Assembly: GCF_018350175.1 (NCBI RefSeq)
Contig: NC_058368.1
Location: forward strand, 134,046,001 to 134,110,000
Source of the DNA: Felis catus
Taxonomy: Eukaryota
DNA: 64,000 nt
Direction of reading: 5' to 3'
Shown here: piece after piece, positions 50,035 to 62,972 of the stretch
Layout: each line of letters opens with the position of its first letter
Position numbering within the stretch: position 1 is the stretch's first letter
Position numbers and translations under genes: made by a program
The notes under the pieces: model-generated
What the model was told of the DNA's origin: nothing
The model's input: only the letters and a program-made list of their open reading frames with translations
The model's database searches: none

Positions 50035-50716
50035 AACAAGTTGGCTGCCGTAATGAGTTACCACAAATGGGTGGCTTCACACAGCAGGAATTTATTCTCT
50101 CCCAGTTCAGGAGGCCAGAAGTCGGAAGTCAAGGTGTGGGCAGCGTCAGATCCTTGTGGAGACTCTCTGGCACACTCCCGTCCATGCCTCTCACCTCCGG
50201 TGGTCGCTGACATTACCTGGAGTTAGCTCCGTGGCTTGTGGCTGTGTCACTCCAGTCTCTCCCTCCAGCATCACATGGCCTTCTTCCCCATGTGTATCTC
50301 TGTGTGTCCTCTTCTCTTTTTATAAGGACATCAGTCATTGGACTTAGAGTCTACCCTATTCCAGCATGACCTCATCTTAACTAATTACATTTGCAAAGAC
50401 CCTATTTTCAAATAAATTTGTATTCTGTCGTTCTGGGTGGATGTGGATTCTTTTTTTTTTTTAATGTTTATTTACGTAGAGAGAGAGTGAGCGAGCACAG
50501 GGGAGGGGGCAGAGAGAGAGAGAAAAAAAAAATCCCCAGCAGGCATTGCACCATTGCACTGTCAGCATGGAGCCTGATGTGGAGCTCGAGCTCATGAACC
50601 TGTGAGATCATCACCTCGGGTGAAATCAAGAGTCAAACACTTAACCAATTGAGCCACCCAGGGGCATCAATGGCTGAATGTGGATTCTGGGGGAAGTGCT
50701 GTTCAACCTACTACAG
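50035..50716 (-). mobile_element. MLT1B/C MaLR solo LTR, within an L2 3' end and interrupted by a CanSINE
   Basis: GGCTGCCGTAA...TACCACAAATGGGTGGCTT...GGAGGCCAGAAGTC...TATAAGGACATCAGTCATTGGA...TGACCTCATCTTAACTAATTACATTTGCAAAGACCCTATTT...TTCAACCTACTACA. Confidence 0.92.
50451..50668 (-). mobile_element. CanSINE nested in MLT1
   Basis: Ends CTTAACCAATTGAGCCACCCAGG; TSD core ATGTGGATTCT on both sides. Confidence 0.93.
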
Positions 50717-53146
50717 ACTCTCAACAAACATTGTTGAATAAGTGAGTCCTATGAGATTTCCTTTGACCTTCAGGTTTAAGCCCCAGAACAAATAGAGGAC
50801 AGAAAGAAAGAGACCAGCTACCTATGGTTCTAAATAATCTTGGGGCAGTTCATTCTGTCTGCTGAGTGCAAAAGCCCATTGTTCTCAGGAATACTCTAGT
50901 AGAAAGACATTGGAGAAGGAGCGCCGTGTTTTACTATAGGAAGATGTATAGATTTTTTAAGCACAAGTAGCTCTGATGTCAGCAGGGCTCTGGGATTAGC
51001 TCCCCATGTGCAGCTGTGGTGGGGGTGAGGTGCTCTGATGCTGGACCTAGTGGTGGGATTCCCAAAAAGCTGAGTGAGCTGGGGGTACCAACAAGGAAGG
51101 ATTCGAAAGAAAATGAGAGCATCTTTGCCCTAAAAAATTATTTGAAAAAAGCTCCCAAATCATCAGAGGGGGGAAAAAGGAGAATTCAGTTGGATTTCTT
51201 TGTCCTTAAGCAGTGGTTTTGGATTGTGTTCATTTTGAATTTTGTATGGGTTGGGGGGTACTATAATGTCATCAGTGCTCTCCAACAGTTCAATCCAGGC
51301 CTCTTCAAATCCCTATATTTCTGAACCCTCAATCAGAATAAAGTATGGGCCTGGAGACATAGCTGCTCTTGGTAAGCTGTTGGTAGTTTCTGTTTAGTGA
51401 GAGGTTTTAGTAAATCTTCAAGTTTGAAACTGGTTTATGCAAGATAAAGCCCAAAATAAGTATAGGACAATGAAAAGTCAAGAAGCTCTGCCTGACGATA
51501 TGGAAGTCACCTTTCTTGAGACCAGAGTTGCATTTCTGAGGGATTGGCCAACCAATGACCAAGGGCAAAAAGGAAGCCGTGTTCTGGTGGAGATGCCCAG
51601 GGGGCTTGTAGTATTTGAAGTTCGGTCAGAGTAGAGTATGATAGCCTTTTCTTCTCCCACAACATTTTGGCAAGCCTAAGAGGACCAGGAGGCAAGCAGG
51701 TCACACCACCTAAGGAGTGGCCTGGCCTGTGCACCCTTGGATGGGTGATGTCTAGTAGTCAATTGGAAATTTTCTCTCTGCATTCTTTTTCCCTGGAGTA
51801 TCCCCTAGCCTCTTTATCGTTAGACATTATATTCTGGTCTCAGCCACTCTTGAGGAGGTGTTCATGTTCAGGGAAGAAGAGACCAGAAAAACTAGCTGTG
51901 AGGCAGCAAGTAATGACCCACAGAAGGGCTAAGTCGCTGAGAACAGCGTGGCTCATAGAGGTGGCAGGTGACAGTCACGACAGACTCATGTGGATGTATC
52001 TCCAGAAAGATTCAGAAATAGTTGAGGGAGGAAAATTGTCCAAAGAGTGGGCTTCTTGAAGTTGTGCAAAAGGGGATCTCGATGGGGTGATGAAGGCAGG
52101 AATGAGTCATGACAGCTCAAGAGATAGGAAACCTGGAGTGCACACTCATTCATATTCTTCCAGAGCTGCTGGGTTTTCACGTTCAGTGTATCCTGATTCC
52201 CATTGTCTTCTGTTGCCTTTTCCCCCTCAATTACCGCTCTTCACTGACCAAGGCTAATTGGCTTCTCCACCTGATCTGCGTGTTGCTCCTAAAGTGCCAC
52301 AGGAAAAAGCACCGCACCAGCAGCGCTCAACTCAGCTGCTGAGGTCTGGCAGCCAGCTTCACCACCACTGTGTGTGGGACTCATGTGGGACTGGGGCTTT
52401 GCCAAGTCCCGCAAGGCAGTCGGTGATGTTCCCTAGCACAAGTGCCGGCCGTGGCAAGGCATTGCCTAGAAGGGTAGTTAGCATGCGACTTTTTAAAGTG
52501 TTCTTTAATTCAGAGTAGCTGTATTGGCTTTCATGTAAATAACTGACAATGTCCTGTTGAGTGGACTCTGCAAGTGAATGTTTTAAAGCATGTGTCCTCT
52601 TAGAAAATAACTGGAAATTTGCACACATTTGCATCGCGTGATTATCATACGTGAGAGGAAAGTGCAAACATGGTCAACTGTGGTGACTGACCTGTACTCT
52701 CCCCTTCACGTGAAGAGGTTTGCTCTGTTCCAGGGTGAGGGGGGCCCAGGGTTGCATGAGCTACTTGGACGTGCAAAGACCTCTGTGGGCACCTACTTGA
52801 TCCCCAGGACCCCCTCTGCTTCGGAGTCAGTGAGATCTTCTGCTCTGCAGTAGAAGTTGAGTTTGAACTTTTTATGGGTTCTGATAACAGCTGGGGATTC
52901 CTTTCCCCTTCTGTTTTCCTGCCACCCACAGCCTCCCAAGAGGCAGGATAAAAGAGAATGTCATTGCTTTTCCTTTCTTCTCTGGCTTTGATTTCCTCCT
53001 CTTTGTGTTTCTGAAAACTTTAAAACAACCAAACAAATAAAATACTACAGGTCATCTCCTTGTGATCCTTCCCCTCCTCTGGTGTTTCCCCCCTTTTTCT
53101 TGCTGACTTTCTTCTTAGCTCCTCATTCTCTTTTCTCTCTTTTTAG

Positions 53147-53606
53147 GAGTTAGGACTTGGGTTTGGCTGTCTCAGAGTAGAACAAAGACACGTGGCTCAA
53201 AGTAGATAAATGTTTCTCTCTCAAATGACAGTATGTGCCGGTGGGTGATGAGGAGGACTGGTCAGGTCGGCTCCGTGTGGCAGGCTGGGGACTCAAGCTT
53301 CTTCTAGTTTGTCTTGCTGTGTCTGTGTTCTTGGCCAGTGTTGACATTCCATGCCCCCCTATGTCTGATTTGTCTCCCAAAGGAAGGGGCAAGGATGATG
53401 TGGAGATAACGCACAAGCAGGTAGGTCCTGAGATTTATCTTCAGCACTTCCACTCACATCCTTGTGGCCACATCTAGCTGCAGGTCAGGTTGGGAGAGCT
53501 CATGTCTAGCTAAGCAGCCAAGGGTTCACTTAAAACTAAAGGGCTCTGTTATTAAAGGAAAGGAGTAGTGAGCGATGTGAGGAGATAAATAGCCATTCCT
53601 GCCACA
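53147..53606 (-). mobile_element. MLT1K/L-like MaLR solo LTR
   Basis: GTTAGGA...TTGGCTG...GTGGCTCAAA...TTTCTCTCTCA start; CACTTCCACTCACAT, GGCCACATCTAGCTGCAGG, GGGCTCTGTTATTAAAGGA, end CTGCCACA. Confidence 0.7.
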
Positions 53607-53809
53607 CCACTTATGCTGTTAAACTCTGTGTTGAAAATGATTGAACACTGGGGCAAAGCAGACCAGACTGCAAGTTGCAAATGGGGAAGAATAAGGAAGG
53701 GAAGAAACTTTTCAGTAAGTCCCAATTTATCAGTTGCCTAATGCATATGTATACATATACTGACCCCGGAACTACCACTCACCAGGTTCTGTGGGAAGCG
53801 TGAGGAATT

Positions 53810-54030
53810 AAGCATCATGGACATTGATGCCAAACCAACATGGCTGCCAACCCCTCTCCCTAGCACTTGCTGTTAGATTTTGACAAGTGACGTAACTTCC
53901 TTGAACTTGGATTTCCACACGTCTTGAGGGGGAATGATAATACTGCCTACTTTATTGTGATGGTTTGACATAGTACGTGAGAACTGATTTTTATGATGCG
54001 TGGTACAAGGTGAGCTCTCAAGAAACACTG
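53810..54030 (+). mobile_element. MIR
   Basis: TTGACAAGTGACGTAACTTCCTTGAACTTGGATTTCC...GGGGAATGATAATACTGCCTAC. Confidence 0.55.
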
Positions 54031-54199
54031 ACCAGGGTCATTTCCCACAGAAGTTGTTTTGAAAGCTCTGTATGATGTTCCTAAATCACAAATCCACAAG
54101 TAGAAATGGCAGTTGCAATAATGCCCATGATGGAATGGGGTGGCATTGAGGAGCTGCAGGAGCTTCCGGTGGACTCTGAAAGAAGGAACTGTTTTGGAG

Positions 54200-54612
54200 G
54201 TTTAGACTGGAGAAGACTCTAAGGACAAGTAGCCTGTTTGGGAGGTGATCCTGAAAAACACTGGTAGAAAGTGGGGAAGTGAGACAAGAGAAGGAAGCCA
54301 ATGAAGGTGTTATTGAGCAGGTTACTGTGATGCGTAGCCAATCCTCCTGAGGAGTTCTGGGAGACCACATGGAAATGTCTCAGGTTGTTCCATTCAAGGA
54401 GATAGCAATCCACCAACTTCTACCAGTTATTGGTAGAGGTATGCTCCAGGAGATGTTAACTCCCTGGCACTTCTTCCTGCCCCACCTTCTACTGAGTGGG
54501 CCAGAGAAAGTCATCAGCCCAACAGCCGTGGTTCATGCAGCTGGAAGTACTGGGTTGGTTAGTGCCAAGGGGACATATGTGAGGTGCCCACAGGGTGGCC
54601 TCAGCTCTACTG
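54200..54612 (-). mobile_element. LTR16(C)-like ERVL solo LTR
   Basis: TTTGGGAGGTGATCC...GGGAAGTGAGACA...GAAGGAAGCCAAT...TTGAGCAGGTTACTG...GTTAACTCCCTGGCACTT. Confidence 0.75.
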
Positions 54613-54799
54613 GGTGGCCTAATACAGGGCATTGACTTTCCAGCTATGGTCTGGGGTTGGTGCCTCTGGAAAAATGCCCACGCGCTTGCATTTTACAGCT
54701 ATGCTGCAGCTTTATGCATTTGAGGATGATTCAATCATTTGCATCTTTTCATAACAACCAGATCCCATTGGTAACTGCCATAAATCAATGCCCAAGACC

Positions 54800-54833
54800 T
54801 TTTTAAATTTTTTTAAGTTATTTTATTTATTTT

Positions 54834-54869
<36 letters not shown>

Positions 54870-55066
54870 AGGAGAGAGAGAGAGAAAGCAAGTGAGCAAG
54901 TACGAGCAGGGGAGGGGCAGAGAGAGGGAGAGAGAGAGCATCCCAAGCAGGTTCCACACTGTTAGTGCGGAGCCCAATGGGGGGCTTGAACCCAGGAGCG
55001 GTGAGATCATGACCTGAGCCAAAACCAAGAGTTGGTCACTTAACCCCCAGAGCCACCCAGGAGCCC
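54800..55066 (-). mobile_element. CanSINE with GA-rich expansion
   Basis: Ends GAGCCACCCAGGAGCCC; TSD CAATGCCCAA(G/C)AC on both sides. Confidence 0.95.
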
Positions 55067-55197
55067 AATGCCCAACACTTCACATGGAGGTTGACGTGAT
55101 GAACAACCTTGTATCTCATGGGTCCAGATAATGTGCCAGTGTATCTTACAATGTAAAGGCAAGATTCCTACTGTACTTAATCACAATTTTGATCACA

Positions 55198-55345
55198 GTG
55201 GATTGAGTGCTTTCCAGGAACCATGCCAAACACATTGCTTGGTGATCTTATTTAATCCTTAGCACTTTCTCATAATCTATATGTTATTCCCATTTTGCAG
55301 ATGCAGAAGTTGAGGCTTAAGAGGTGGGACAAAATATCAGGTGAT
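55198..55345 (-). mobile_element. MIR
   Basis: ATTGAGTGCTT...ATCTTATTTAATCCT...TTATTCCCATTTTGCAGATGCAGAAGTTGAGGCTTAAGAGG. Confidence 0.75.
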
Positions 55346-56522
55346 TGCTTCCTTGCTTTTGCAAAGCAAAAACAAATGCCTGTCTTGTGAATATATTGGG
55401 GAGCATAAGTGAGTTTGTACAACATCTCCTTTACTCTCCAGAACGGAGATGTCACACCCACCCACATGGAGACCTCTATCCTGTCCTGCTTGCCCTCTAA
55501 CTTTGCCTCATTGCTCACTCTTTTCCTTTCGTCCTTTTCTTTCTTTTCTTTTTTTTTTTTCTTGTCAAATCTCTTAAGCGTGGCAGAAGAGAGAACCTTG
55601 CTAGAGGTTAGCTTGTCAAAGTGCTGGCGTGTGCAGTGAGAAGGAGAGCAAAATGAAACACCTGGGATTTCAGAAGGGATGTCTCCACCGAACGGCGCCA
55701 GTCTTAGTGTGTGGCCATCTCTATAATTGAGATGGGGACTGCTCTGTGTAGAGGGCCAGCCTTTCAATTTACTTGAAAAAGTAAATCTACTACTTCCAAA
55801 AGGTCTTCTTCCTGTTGAGTAAAATCAGAGAGCTCAGATCAGTAATGGCTTTCTGGTCAGTCTGCCGTAACCCCGTCAGAGCTGGCCCACCTGGGATGCC
55901 GCTAAGTGGCTGTGATGTGTTTTACCTTCCTGGCCCTTTTTCTAGGCTGCCATTATGTGCGCCAGTGGGGAGAGCAAATTGTGTTACGTGGACATATTTC
56001 CAATCTGTTAGCTCAACAGTTTAACTCCTTTTGTACAGACTGGTAAATAGCCCTCAGATGGTAATGACTTCTAATTGTAGCCAAGGAGGAGAAAAAAAAA
56101 ATAATGGAGCCAGTTATTTCGACATACAAAACTTCATCGCTGCAATCCTTGGAGCAGTCTGGTCCTTCGGAACAGTCTGCCATCAGGATGCATAAATGAA
56201 AGGTCTGATTGAATTTGCACTGGGCAGCTCTGGGGAGTGAATATATTGGTACAAATCCTCGGATGTTCTGGGGCTTGCTTGTTAGCAAGTGGTTACTCCC
56301 TGTGGTTTCTCTCCTATAATTGTGCACTGCAGGCTGGCATGAGGGGTGTAACCTTCTTTTGAGGTGTGAAAAAGCATTAAGTTGTGCCATTATTTTGAAG
56401 TCATGACCAACACCGAAGTGAGCAAGATAGAGTTAAATATACGCAGTCCAGTGTGCACTAAAAGATTTTGCAGTCACTTCTTTTTTCCATTTCCCAAAGC
56501 ACCCTTGCAATTGCTTCTTTAT

Positions 56523-56754
56523 GTTTATTTTTATTAAAAAAATTTTTTTAATGTTTATTTATTTTTGAGAGACAGAGAGAGACAGCTTGAGCAGGGCAGG
56601 GGCAGAGAAAGAGGAGACACGAATGTGAAGCAGGCCCTGGGCTCTGAGTTGTCAGCACAGAGCCCGATGCAGGGCTCAAACTCACGAACTGTGAGATCAC
56701 GCATGACCTGAGCAGAAGTCAGATGCTTAACCGAGTAAGCCACCCAGGTGTCTC
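56523..56754 (-). mobile_element. CanSINE
   Basis: Ends CTTAACCGAGTAAGCCACCCAGGTGTCTC; TSD core TTGCTTCTTTAT at 56511-56522 and 56759-56770. Confidence 0.95.
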
Positions 56755-57894
56755 ACATTTGCTTCTTTATAGGCTTTCAGTAATAAAGTCTGCATGGCAG
56801 TTTATATATGTATACAGATACATTCAAAAAATTTTGGTGGTGGTACAGGTCAGAATAAAGCACCAACTTTTTTTCAGAATTACACTTCATTTGTTTATTA
56901 AACCTTAATTGAGCAGTGACACTTTGCTGGGTCCTGTGCTGAATACAAGTACATAAAGACAAACAAGACATAGACTCATATTATTACTCGTAAAATAATT
57001 TAATATTGGCATATTGCATGATTTCTTGGGTGTAAATAAAGTTTACAATTCGTACAACTTACCCACATACAAATGACAACCCCTTCCAAAGCACTAATTG
57101 TATATAAGATCTTCCACAAACACAAGGAGAGCATGTTTTTATTGTAGATATTAATATTGAAACTCCAAATTCCTCTGCTATAGGCCTGCAGTGTAGAATT
57201 TTATTATATTTTTCTTGGGCCCAGAGAAATTTCTGGAGCATAGGCCACTGGTGCATATGAATGTTGGCAACCTGACAGACTTAACTGTGTTGTCTTCACG
57301 CTTTGCTTTTCACGTTCTTTGCAGTGAGAGAGATGCCTCTCCTATTGTCCAGGCTTACCTCCTGTGCCTTTTCTCCAAGTCCCATCCCTTCTGACCCCTG
57401 TGAGTTGTCTGTCTTCAGTGTTTGCACCCCTTTCTGCTTCTGCGCAAGCTCCCTTCAGATTGAAGTGAGTTTCAAGATATCACGGGATTCTCAACTCTCC
57501 ATAGTAAAATCCCCCTTCCTGACCCCCAGTCCCCACTTGTTAACTGCCATATTTCTTCCTTTCTCTTATAACCAATCTTCTAGATTGAATTATCTGCACA
57601 GATTTTCTCCTCTTCTTCTCCCATTTTAAGGCCACCGTCTGTAAATGTATTTCCATCATTTCACTAAGAAGACTCCCACCAACTCACTAACGATCTCCTT
57701 GTTGCAAAGCTAATGAATGGCTTACATTTTGATTCTACTTTCTCTGCCCCATTGATACCATCAGCCGCGCTAACCCTTTTCAACTGACTTGAACTTACTT
57801 ACAAATACAAGACATACTCGAGGTGCACTGTTCCATCACTGAGTGGTGATTCAGTCACCTCCTGCTGTCTGTGACTCTCGAGGATCACTTTCTT

Positions 57895-58117
57895 TCTTTC
57901 TTTTTTTTTTAAATGTTTTTATTTACTTTTGAGTCAGAGAGAGACAGAGCATGAGTAGGGGAGGGGCAGAGAGAGAGGGAGACACAGAATCTGAAGCAGG
58001 CTCCAGGCTCTGAGCTGTCAGCACAGAGCCTGATGTGGGGCTCGAACCCACGGACCGTGAGATCATGACCTGAGCTGAAGTCAGATGCCCACCCGACTGA
58101 GCCACCCAGGCACCCCC
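57895..58117 (-). mobile_element. CanSINE (felid type)
   Basis: Ends CGACTGAGCCACCCAGGCACCCC; perfect TSD AGGATCACTTTCTT at 57881-57894 and 58118-58131. Confidence 0.97.
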
Positions 58118-58629
58118 AGGATCACTTTCTTAAGGACCTCTTTTTGATAGTTTCTTGTTTGTCCTTGCAGAAATATTCAATTCAATATGGAAAAAAAAAA
58201 ACCCACACCCAAGGAGATTATGCCTCACACACTGTTCTTCAACCTGCTCTTGTCATGTGATTTATGTTGAACATCCTCACCTCTCAGCACATATAGATTC
58301 TGGATTTTGAAAATTCAAGTGTCTTGTTGAAAATTCCCTCCTTCTTAGAGGTTTTGCTCTCTAGACCACAGCACTCCCCTTCTTCCTCTGAAGGCATCTC
58401 CTCAGTCCCCTTGGCAAGGCCCACTCCTACCCCCGTTTAAGGGGTCAGAGTCTCAGCCCTCCCCTTCTCCATGGTAGGTGTCCTCTCCCATGCACTGTCA
58501 TGTGCTATTGATTGACCCATGTTTACCTTTTGTCCACTTGTCTTTCCTGACATCCATACTTACGTGTCTACTGCACACTTCCACAAGAATGTCCTGCCCA
58601 ATGTGCAAGTTAGCACATCAAAAACTCAG

Positions 58630-58731
58630 CTGCTGCTTCTCCTCCTCCTCCTCCGCCTCCTCCGCCTCCGCCTTTTCTTCTTCTTCTTCTTCTTCTTCTT
58701 CTTCTTCTTCTTCTTCTTCTTCTTCTTCTTC
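58630..58731. repeat. Compound trinucleotide repeat (CTG/CTC/CCG) followed by (TTC)19
   Basis: Direct reading; pure TTC 58675-58731. Confidence 0.97.
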
Positions 58732-60229
58732 TCATTCCCTAAATTTTCTTTTCTCTCTAGTTTCCTATCGTAGCAGATAGGACAAATTGCTAAGCACAGA
58801 TGTTTGGAGTCACCCTTTATTTCTCTTTTCAGCTTTCACATGTACTCATCAATTCTTAGATTTCAGCTCCTAAATATATTTTAAACATAGCGACTCACTT
58901 ACATCCTTGTTGTTATTCCCCTAATGGAAGTCATCATGATTTCTCCTCCAAATTTCTGTAGTAAACCTCCTAATAAATAACCCTTCTCCACTGTAATCCA
59001 TTCTCCCCACTGAAGAGGGATATTTCTCTGACACAAAACATGACAAAGTCGAAATTTCTTCATGTGGCTAATAAGAGACATCAAAGCCCAAACCTTGTTT
59101 GTCTGGTCTCCTGTCTCATTTTGTTGTGTCTGAATTTTACAGCAGCCAGTTTGAACTTCTTTTGGAGGCTGAACCAAGCTGTTCCTCATCTCTGGGCCTT
59201 TGCTCATACTGTTCCCTTCTTCCAGAGCCTTTCATCCCCATCCATATTGCTCTTGCTGCACCATGATTAACTGTTAAGCACCTTCTGGTTTCAACTTACA
59301 GATCATTTCCTTTAGCAAGATTTTCTTCATTCTCTTCTAAATCCATTTCTGTACCCATTTTATATGTCCACATATAATCTCCTTCTCACTTCCCCTACAT
59401 CTCACTTATTACATTTCTAATGACAATGCTTTGTGTTTGTTTCCTTATTTTTAGCTACCTTTATGCTGTAAACCTGTTGATGACAGCAATCATGGTTATC
59501 TTATTTGCAGCTCTATCCATCTATCCTATTGCCTAGCCAGAGTAGATTCTCATTAAAAATACAAAGAATAATTCATGAGATTATGCCTCAGCTTCATGAG
59601 AGTTGACAATTCTTTCTAGATTTTATTTCTGTTGATTGGGATGGAGATGTACTTACGCTGTAGCCTTCCTTTTTCCCAACCCCTGACTATCCTTATATTC
59701 GACATCTTTTTATTTCTTTGGAGAACTCAAATGGAAACTGGACTCCTAGGTCCTTCCTTAATCAAATTAGGAAATGCCTAATAACCTGTTCCAGTGTTTG
59801 CCCTAGTTTATATGCACATCTCTTCTGTGGTCCTGTCCTCCCAAGAGACAGAGGACCCAAGGCCATATCTGCCCTTGGTGTTGGAAACCTCTGCAAGTAC
59901 AACTTGTCACAGTCCTGGAGCCACAGTATCATTTTGCTTCTCAGGAGACCCCTTCACCAGAGCTCATAGATGATGATGGCATTGGCCTAGCAAAGACCCG
60001 AATCCTAGAATTCTCAAGAGACGATTACATGCCAAAAGGGAAATTGGGAGGGTAAGAAGAATACAAGATGTCAGGGAAAATTAAAACTGCCTGGCAATTT
60101 ACTACAGGGGTAGAAACTAATGACTGAAAGAAAAAAATGTGTGTGGCCAGAAGGGTGATGTGTCCGTTGAGCTCTCCTTAAAGGACACCGTCACGTCCTC
60201 TGTATCCTGGATTTAATCACTAGAGCTGG

Positions 60230-61050
60230 CCTGGGGCCAGATCATCACAGCTTATAGAACTTCATGCTGCTTTTACTTGGTGTTGGAAAGATGTGATGGA
60301 CCCACAAAACATTCTGGATGCAGCATTTATAAGATTTCTGATTGGATTTAGGGAATGAGAGTGGGGGAGATTGGGAATAGGTTTCTACCTTGGATAACTA
60401 GGTAAATGGTGGTCCCCAAAAAAGTGCAAAAAAACCCCCCAAAACAATGAGAAGTTGATTTGAAATTAGAAGGTGAATAATGTGATTTTAGACGTTTTTG
60501 GTTGGAGTTCCCTGAAGGATATTCAGGTGGAGATACAAGGTTGTAAGGCTTGTGAGAAATATTGTGCTGGAGATAGAGGTCTGAGGATTCCTCACCAAAG
60601 AAGTGGTAAATGAAGTCAGGACAACAGAAAAATTGGCTCTTAATTTTCTTTATAGCTGGTAGTGCAGGCACAGGTCCCCCATTCAACTCTGCTACCCCTT
60701 TGCTTCAAAGTTTCAAGCCAGGTCTTTCTGGTCCCAGGGTCCAGCACCATCTCCCGAAACCCCAGCCCAGACAGATGTGGTACCCAGGTGCCTCTTTGTG
60801 CCTAGAAAGGGAATCCAAGAGTGAGCCTGTGTAGCGTGAGAAAAGCAGAATAGCCCTCACCTTTTAGAGGCAGCTGGAGGCAGAGGAACTCACTGGGGAA
60901 ACAGAAAAGGACCTTTCAGAAAAGCAGGGGGAGCTCCAGAAGAACATTGTCACAGAAGCTAAGGTAGGAGAGCTTCAGGAACAAGAGGGTGTTCAAGAAA
61001 CAACTGTGAATTTCCTTCAGAGCTGGTAAAATGAGGGTTGCCTTGGATAT
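60230..61050 (-). mobile_element. Degenerate L2 fragment
   Basis: GGGGCCAGATCA, CTGATTGGATTTAGGGAATGAG, TGGATAACTAGGTAAATGGTGGT, GGATATTCAGGTGGAGAT, GTCACAGAAGCTAAGG. Confidence 0.55.
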
Positions 61051-61474
61051 GTTCTCACAGAAGACAGTGACCATAATTGCCCTATTGCTTGTTGTTTTCT
61101 AGGTTATTTATTTTTAATGAAGTTTCTAGAAGGAGGTAGTGTAAAGTAAGATGGAAGGTTTTCCTTGGGGAAGTCTAACACATGGGGGAGTTGGCTACTT
61201 GGAGAAACTGCATTTAACGTGATTCACATACCAAATTTTATCTGTGTATGGGAGGCTCAGTCAGCTCCTCTCAGACCTTCATGCCTGGGGATATTATTTC
61301 ATTGGCTTTCTACCTTGAGCAAGACAGCTTCCTTAAGTTTGGCTCCATATTTGAGAACTCTTTCCTTCTATCATTGAGCCTCCTACTGACCACAAAGATG
61401 GGTACATGTTTCTTCAAGGTGACTTTTTTTTTAAATAATGTTTTTGAATATAATTTGTTTTGCTTTTAAAGTCT

Positions 61475-61724
61475 TTAGGTGGATTTTATTTGTTAGCTCA
61501 GTTTTAGGTTCACAGCAAAATTAAGAGGAAGGTACGGAGGTTTCTCATATGTACCCTGCCTCACACAGCCAACAGCCTCCCCCACTATCAGCGTCCCCTA
61601 CAGCCTGATATATTTGTTATAATTGATGAACACTGGCACCAATTTTCACCCAAAGTCCATGGTTTACATGAGGGTTCACTCTTGGTGTTGTGCGTTCATA
61701 TAGGTTTGCACAAATGTATAATAC
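61475..61724 (-). mobile_element. L1MC1/2-type 3' end
   Basis: CAGTTTTAGGTTCACAGCAAAATT...GAAGGTAC...CAGCCTCCCCCACTATCA...CACCCAAAGTCCAT...AGGGTTCACTCTTGGTGTTGT. Confidence 0.88.
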
Positions 61725-62894
61725 TTTTTGACCTGTATGTTTGGACTAGGTTACAAAGCTAAGCACTAAATTTTCAGCTTAGAAAACCTCAAATAATGTG
61801 GGAAATAGCTATCCTTAATCCATCTCTTGAGGAAGAGCTTCAGAGTCATGGTGAAAGTCATGGATGGGATAGAAGGTCAATGATATCTGCTTTGCATGTT
61901 ACTTTGTAATTTTTTAAAAAGTCATTTCTACATTTTGTCCATAGGAGTTTTGATGAGGCTGTGTCCCTAATATTCTCTGCAAATAAACAACTGAGTCAAA
62001 ATATTCCGCTTGGGTGAAAACCCTCCCAAGTACATCTTCTCTTGCAAGCACTGTCAACCACGGTCCTTGAAAGTATGAAGTGGTCATTACAGCTACTTGG
62101 GGCCATGTTTGTTTCCAGTACAATGGAAAGGGAGCCTTGAGTATCCAGCATTGTGTTAGGTGCCTCCCACACACACATTATTGCATACGTATCATTATCC
62201 TCATTTTAGCCGGGAAGAAACAAATGATCAGAGAGAGGAGCCAGTCCAAGGGCATATCGTGCAGGTTGCAAACATTTACGACGCATGAAGTCCCCAGTGC
62301 AGAAAGATTGCTTTAGAAAAAGATGAGGCATACGCTTGGTTTGGGGAACATGGTGCCTTTATCTGAGTGTTATTTTTGTTTCAGTACCATTAACCACAGT
62401 ATTTTTCCAGCGAGATACTGATGTTTTGTCTTTTTTTTCCCCACTTGCTCAAATGAGTCAGAGACTTTTAAAAGCTTAAAGGTAATTGATTAAACTGTCC
62501 TTGTAAAAGCGCTGTGAGATCAAGAAGGTTTGACTGTTCCAGCTTATTTTAAAGACGAAGAATTACATTTTTAAGATGATTACATGTTCCTTTTGATAAA
62601 GCAAAAACATTCACAAACGCAGGTGTGGTTTCAGACTGGTGTGTTGAACTGGCTGCCAGCTGTTGTTAGCTTGTGGTAACAACTCTTCTACTCCCTAGGG
62701 AGAAGCAAGTCCTGAAGGATCTTAGTGGGTGAAGGAAGAGAAGGTGAGCTTAGTGGGCCACCCTTCACATGCAACTCAACACTGCCTGAACTTACAAGGC
62801 TGTAAGTAAAGACTTTGTTACTCACTGATGGCTAAGAAAGGACTTAGGAGGCCCTGAGAAACATCAACTGAAGTTGTATAGCTACTTGCAGTCT

Positions 62895-62909
62895 TGTCTT
62901 GTCTGTCTG

Positions 62910-62965
<56 letters not shown>

Positions 62966-62972
62966 TTCTTTC

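Larger units (their letters stand above)
57330..59560 (+). mobile_element. Fragmented ancient L2 (interrupted by CanSINE and microsatellite)
   Basis: Pyrimidine-rich L2-like motifs: CTCCTTGTTGCAAAGCTAATG, TTTGGAGTCACCCTT, AATCCATTCTCCCCACTG, GGGCCTTTGCTCATACTGTTCCC. Confidence 0.6.

Noticed and set aside
55270..55767. Longest ORF (165 aa, -) with lysine-rich segment
   Set aside because: Lysine run is a translated poly-T tract and the C-terminus (LSLNFCICKMGI) is MIR core sequence.
58478..58780. Poly-Ser / poly-Phe ORFs
   Set aside because: Translations of the (TTC)n microsatellite.
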